Below the pieces are notes generated by a model. That model was not told where the DNA came from. It did no database searches and saw only the letters and a list, made by a program, of their open reading frames with translations. Position numbers and translations under genes: made by a program. 64,000 nucleotides of DNA, from the NCBI GenBank assembly GCA_000004985.1, contig GG738852.1, one strand, 5' to 3'. Shown piece by piece: positions 60,926 to 64,000 of the stretch; the stretch's first letter is position 1; each line of letters begins with the position of its first letter. Origin of the DNA: Naegleria gruberi. Lineage: Eukaryota.

Positions 60926-63900
60926 TTATTGGTTATGTGGTGTTTGTTTCTCCAAATGGTCAAGAATGGCTTTGGCTGATGGTCTTGATTGATAATCTTT
61001 GGCCAACATGGAAATTGTTAAATCAATCAAGTCTTGAGAGTATTTTCCAGCGTTTGTTAATTTTTCTTTTAGGAATTCTTTAACAGTTTCTGTTTCTTTC
61101 ATCATGTAGAGTTGACTGATTGAGGTATCTGTATCTTTACTCATAATTTGGTATATAGTCACACCTAAACTGTATATATCAGTTGTTGAATTGTATTTTC
61201 CACCGACTGACATTTCAGGAGACATGAAAAGAGGTGTACCACAGTAAGAAACATTTACAGATCCTTGATTTTGACGAGCTAAACCAAAGTCAGCAACAAT
61301 GATGTGGACATCATTTTCATCGATTGATTTGATAAAAATGTTATTTGGTTTGATATCTCTGTGAATTAATGACATGCTTGAGTGAATGTAATCCAAAGCT
61401 TGACATGATTGATCCAAAATCTTTCTAACTATTATTTCTGAACAGTATCCCTCACACTTGATAAGATTGGTTAAATCTCCCTTTTCATAATAATCCATAT
61501 CAATACACAATAATTGATCATTGTCAACAAAGAATTCATTGACTTTGAGAATGTAAGGGTGATTGATATTCATCAATTGAGCCCCTTCTTTCATAATTGA
61601 ATTCAAATCTTCAAAGGATGTGAATTTCATAACTTTGAGCGCCTTTTCATGGTTGTTTCTACTGTCTGTTGCTCTAAAAACTGATCCAAATCCGCCTTGA
61701 CCAATCTTTGACATGTTTTTATATCTTTGTGAAATTGGATCAGACGAGGTGGATGTATTTGAACCTGCAGAATTGTTGTGGAGTGGAGCAAATGACATAC
61801 TGTTGTTTGATGGGAAATCCAAGGAAGCTGATGTTTGCAATTCAATATAAAAACTATTGTTAGGGAAGTTGGCAGTGTTTTGAGAACTTTGTAACTGTTC
61901 TTTTTGGTGTAATCTTTGTGATTCTTGATCTAATTGTTCCTTCTTTCTCTTTGCCTTGATTCTCAATAAGACAACTATTATTACAATCACAACAATAATA
62001 ATTATCAATAGGAGAATGCCTAGAGAGAGGCCAACACCTAGTCCTATACCAAGAGATTGATCGTCTGTTGTGATTCTCTTTGATACTGTTGGTACTGTCG
62101 GTGTTGATGAAGATGTAGCTTGGCTATCAATTACACCAAAAGAAGTAAGGTGAGTCGTATAACAGTTAATATTGAAATATAAAGTATTAGACTCATTCTT
62201 GGTTAAAACAAAGTTAGTAGTTAATCCATCATAGGCCCACTTATTATTGGTTGTATCATAATATGTACAGGTAATGTTACTAGTAGAATTGGCCTTATAC
62301 ACCAAGTTATTGAAATTGATTACAATCTTATTGTTAAGCTTGTTAACTTTAACTAAAGCACCACTCAATTGAACAGAAATATCAATCAGAGGACTAATCA
62401 GGTCAGAAGATACGTATGAAGAGTAGCTAATATCATAAGAAAGAGTATTGTCGAAACCAAGAGCAGATAATTGACTTGAAAAATCAGATGGGAATACTAC
62501 ATTGGTTCCAATCATGGAAACAGCCTTTCCATCCAATTGGTTTAGCAACAATCCTGTTTGCATGTTTGTTTCTCCTTGAGGCAAATCTGTGTGAATAATA
62601 GAGTTGCCAGTAGTATTAGAACTTTGAGAAATTAACAACTTATTCAAGTTGGCCATATTATTGACGAATGGAGCAGGGGAAGAAACGGTGCTCATAATAT
62701 TGAACAAATCTACAATCTCATTGTAATGTTCATTGTCAATAATGAAAGGAAGAACTGAAGGGGAGTAAATATTTGAGGATGCACTAATACTCGAAAAGAT
62801 GTAAGTCATCCAAGATGAAAGACTTGAACTTTGAGTGGAAACAGTGCTTGGTGATAGCGTATTCAATAATACATAGATTGTTCTCAAGGGTGGAACGACC
62901 AAGGCAATAATCTTCTCATCGACGTTATAACCTGTGTTCTTCATTTGATACAGAACTGAACTCATATCAACCAATAATACTACTATTTGATTGGAGGTTG
63001 TTGAATCAAGTAAAGAAGGCAATAGGGCTATTGGAGTGTCTTGAATAAATAAGGACAACAAGGATGAGATATAATTTGCTGTATAAATAGAAATTTGCTT
63101 TTGAGATTTCAACAGTTGATATTGAGTATTGAGATAGTTATATCTGGAAGTGAATGAATTATCAGCAGCAAGACCAGAGGGCAATTTTACAACAATGTTG
63201 TACTTAGCAATTGCTAAAGAACCACTTGTTGTTACAAGCTTGACAATTACATTTAAATTTCCACCATTAACAAATGGAAGTGGTGTTACAGTTACTGATT
63301 TTGGAGTGTTTGAAAGAATTCCAACTCTTGAAGTACCATTATTAACTTGCATAATGAAACCAGATATCTTCTCCTTATTATTCACACACGAAATGACAAA
63401 TGAAGTTTCATAGGCAACATTTGAATTCAAAGGATCATATAATTGGCAACTGAATCTTGGCATCAAATCAACAGTTGTGATCACATTTGCAGATGATTGA
63501 CCTTGCCCATTTGTTACCTTCAATTGAATCTTGTAGTTCTCTCCCTGAATCAATCTAGAACTATCTATCAACAAGTTACTTTGAATGTTGGTTGAAAATG
63601 CAGTATTCCTTGCCGATTGTTGTATAACAGCTGAAACACTATTCTCACCATTGAAAAGTTTGATTGTTCCTTGAATCAATTCCCATTTCAATTCAGAAAT
63701 AGTTGATGCAGAGGTTATAGTGGCCTGAATTAACAAACTCTTTCCGTAAGGATAAACGTCTGGAATGGTATTTAGTTTAATGGCGGGAACATTCTGAGGT
63801 ACATTTACAACACTGATTGTTCCGCTCAGAGTCTGACTAGCTATACCAGAAACCGAAGCAGTTAAACTGATAGTGTAATCTCCTACAGGTAAATTACCAG

Positions 63901-64000
63901 CACCAATTGTCAATGTGTTTGTTGTTCCACTGCAAATGCTTGCAGAAATTTGCTGCTTGGTCTGCTTATCAAAACATGACCAGGAGTATTGAAGTGGAGT
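60926..64000 (-). CDS. Receptor-like transmembrane protein kinase with large extracellular region and GPS(GAIN)-like motif; N-terminus beyond window end
   Basis: The frame is open from the window end (the track start at 63913 is a TTG). The extracellular part exceeds 640 aa, is beta-rich and repetitive, and is followed by CTYYDTTNNKWAYDGL...NCYTTHLTSFGVI (GPS-like HLT/S motif). The TM is GLGVGLSLGILLLIIIIVVIVIIVVLL. The kinase domain has IGQGGFGSVFRA, ALKVM, HRDIKPNNIFI, VADFGLAR and ends at a stop at 60926. Confidence 0.7.
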   Translation of the reverse strand, partial: TPLQYSWSCFDKQTKQQISASICSGTTNTLTIGAGNLPVGDYTISLTASVSGIASQTLSGTISVVNVPQNVPAIKLNTIPDVYPYGKSLLIQATITSASTISELKWELIQGTIKLFNGENSVSAVIQQSARNTAFSTNIQSNLLIDSSRLIQGENYKIQLKVTNGQGQSSANVITTVDLMPRFSCQLYDPLNSNVAYETSFVISCVNNKEKISGFIMQVNNGTSRVGILSNTPKSVTVTPLPFVNGGNLNVIVKLVTTSGSLAIAKYNIVVKLPSGLAADNSFTSRYNYLNTQYQLLKSQKQISIYTANYISSLLSLFIQDTPIALLPSLLDSTTSNQIVVLLVDMSSVLYQMKNTGYNVDEKIIALVVPPLRTIYVLLNTLSPSTVSTQSSSLSSWMTYIFSSISASSNIYSPSVLPFIIDNEHYNEIVDLFNIMSTVSSPAPFVNNMANLNKLLISQSSNTTGNSIIHTDLPQGETNMQTGLLLNQLDGKAVSMIGTNVVFPSDFSSQLSALGFDNTLSYDISYSSYVSSDLISPLIDISVQLSGALVKVNKLNNKIVINFNNLVYKANSTSNITCTYYDTTNNKWAYDGLTTNFVLTKNESNTLYFNINCYTTHLTSFGVIDSQATSSSTPTVPTVSKRITTDDQSLGIGLGVGLSLGILLLIIIIVVIVIIVVLLRIKAKRKKEQLDQESQRLHQKEQLQSSQNTANFPNNSFYIELQTSASLDFPSNNSMSFAPLHNNSAGSNTSTSSDPISQRYKNMSKIGQGGFGSVFRATDSRNNHEKALKVMKFTSFEDLNSIMKEGAQLMNINHPYILKVNEFFVDNDQLLCIDMDYYEKGDLTNLIKCEGYCSEIIVRKILDQSCQALDYIHSSMSLIHRDIKPNNIFIKSIDENDVHIIVADFGLARQNQGSVNVSYCGTPLFMSPEMSVGGKYNSTTDIYSLGVTIYQIMSKDTDTSISQLYMMKETETVKEFLKEKLTNAGKYSQDLIDLTISMLAKDYQSRPSAKAILDHLEKQTPHNQ

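Noticed and set aside
1-64000. A prokaryotic defence island, operon or CRISPR array
   Set aside because: The sequence is eukaryotic: it has spliceosomal introns, an intron-containing tRNA-Tyr, and eukaryote-only protein families (cyclin B, katanin, MCM7, FNTB, Spc25, F-box). There are no direct repeat-spacer arrays.

Overview
The window is eukaryotic nuclear DNA, not prokaryotic. It is AT-rich and gene-dense, with roughly one gene per 1.4 kb on both strands and A-rich context before start codons (AAAAATG). Introns are very short spliceosomal introns (GTAAGT/GTATGT/GTAGGT/GTAATT ... AG, 41-115 nt). There is a tRNA-Tyr gene carrying a 14-nt intron, and several proteins have poly-N/Q/S/T low-complexity regions. 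These properties fit a dictyostelid social amoeba (Amoebozoa). The GC content is higher and the introns shorter than in D. discoideum, so it is probably another dictyostelid; I cannot name the species from sequence alone. No transposon, rRNA or CRISPR array was found, and no prokaryotic-style defence or operon system is present. The supplied ORF track translates TTG/GTG starts as M and cannot see introns, so I re-derived starts and exon structure by reading the sequence. About 45 protein genes were recognised. Calls I am confident in: farnesyltransferase beta, cytosolic-type malate dehydrogenase, katanin p60, MCM7, a B-type cyclin, OTUB1, IBA57/YgfZ, dolichol kinase, ICMT, RPABC4, an MFSD5-like transporter, PIG-F, Spc25, RPA3 and PP2C. 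The most unusual items are a receptor-like kinase with a GPS/GAIN-like motif that runs off the window end, an F-box protein fused to a Ras-like GTPase domain, an SRA(YDG)-domain protein, an atypical CAAX Rho GTPase without the catalytic Gln, a degenerate myristoylated Arf-like pseudo-GTPase, a secreted Gln/Gly/Tyr-rich prion/glutenin-like repeat protein, and the run of 41-47 nt introns. Splice coordinates were derived by hand and are approximate to +/-2 nt.
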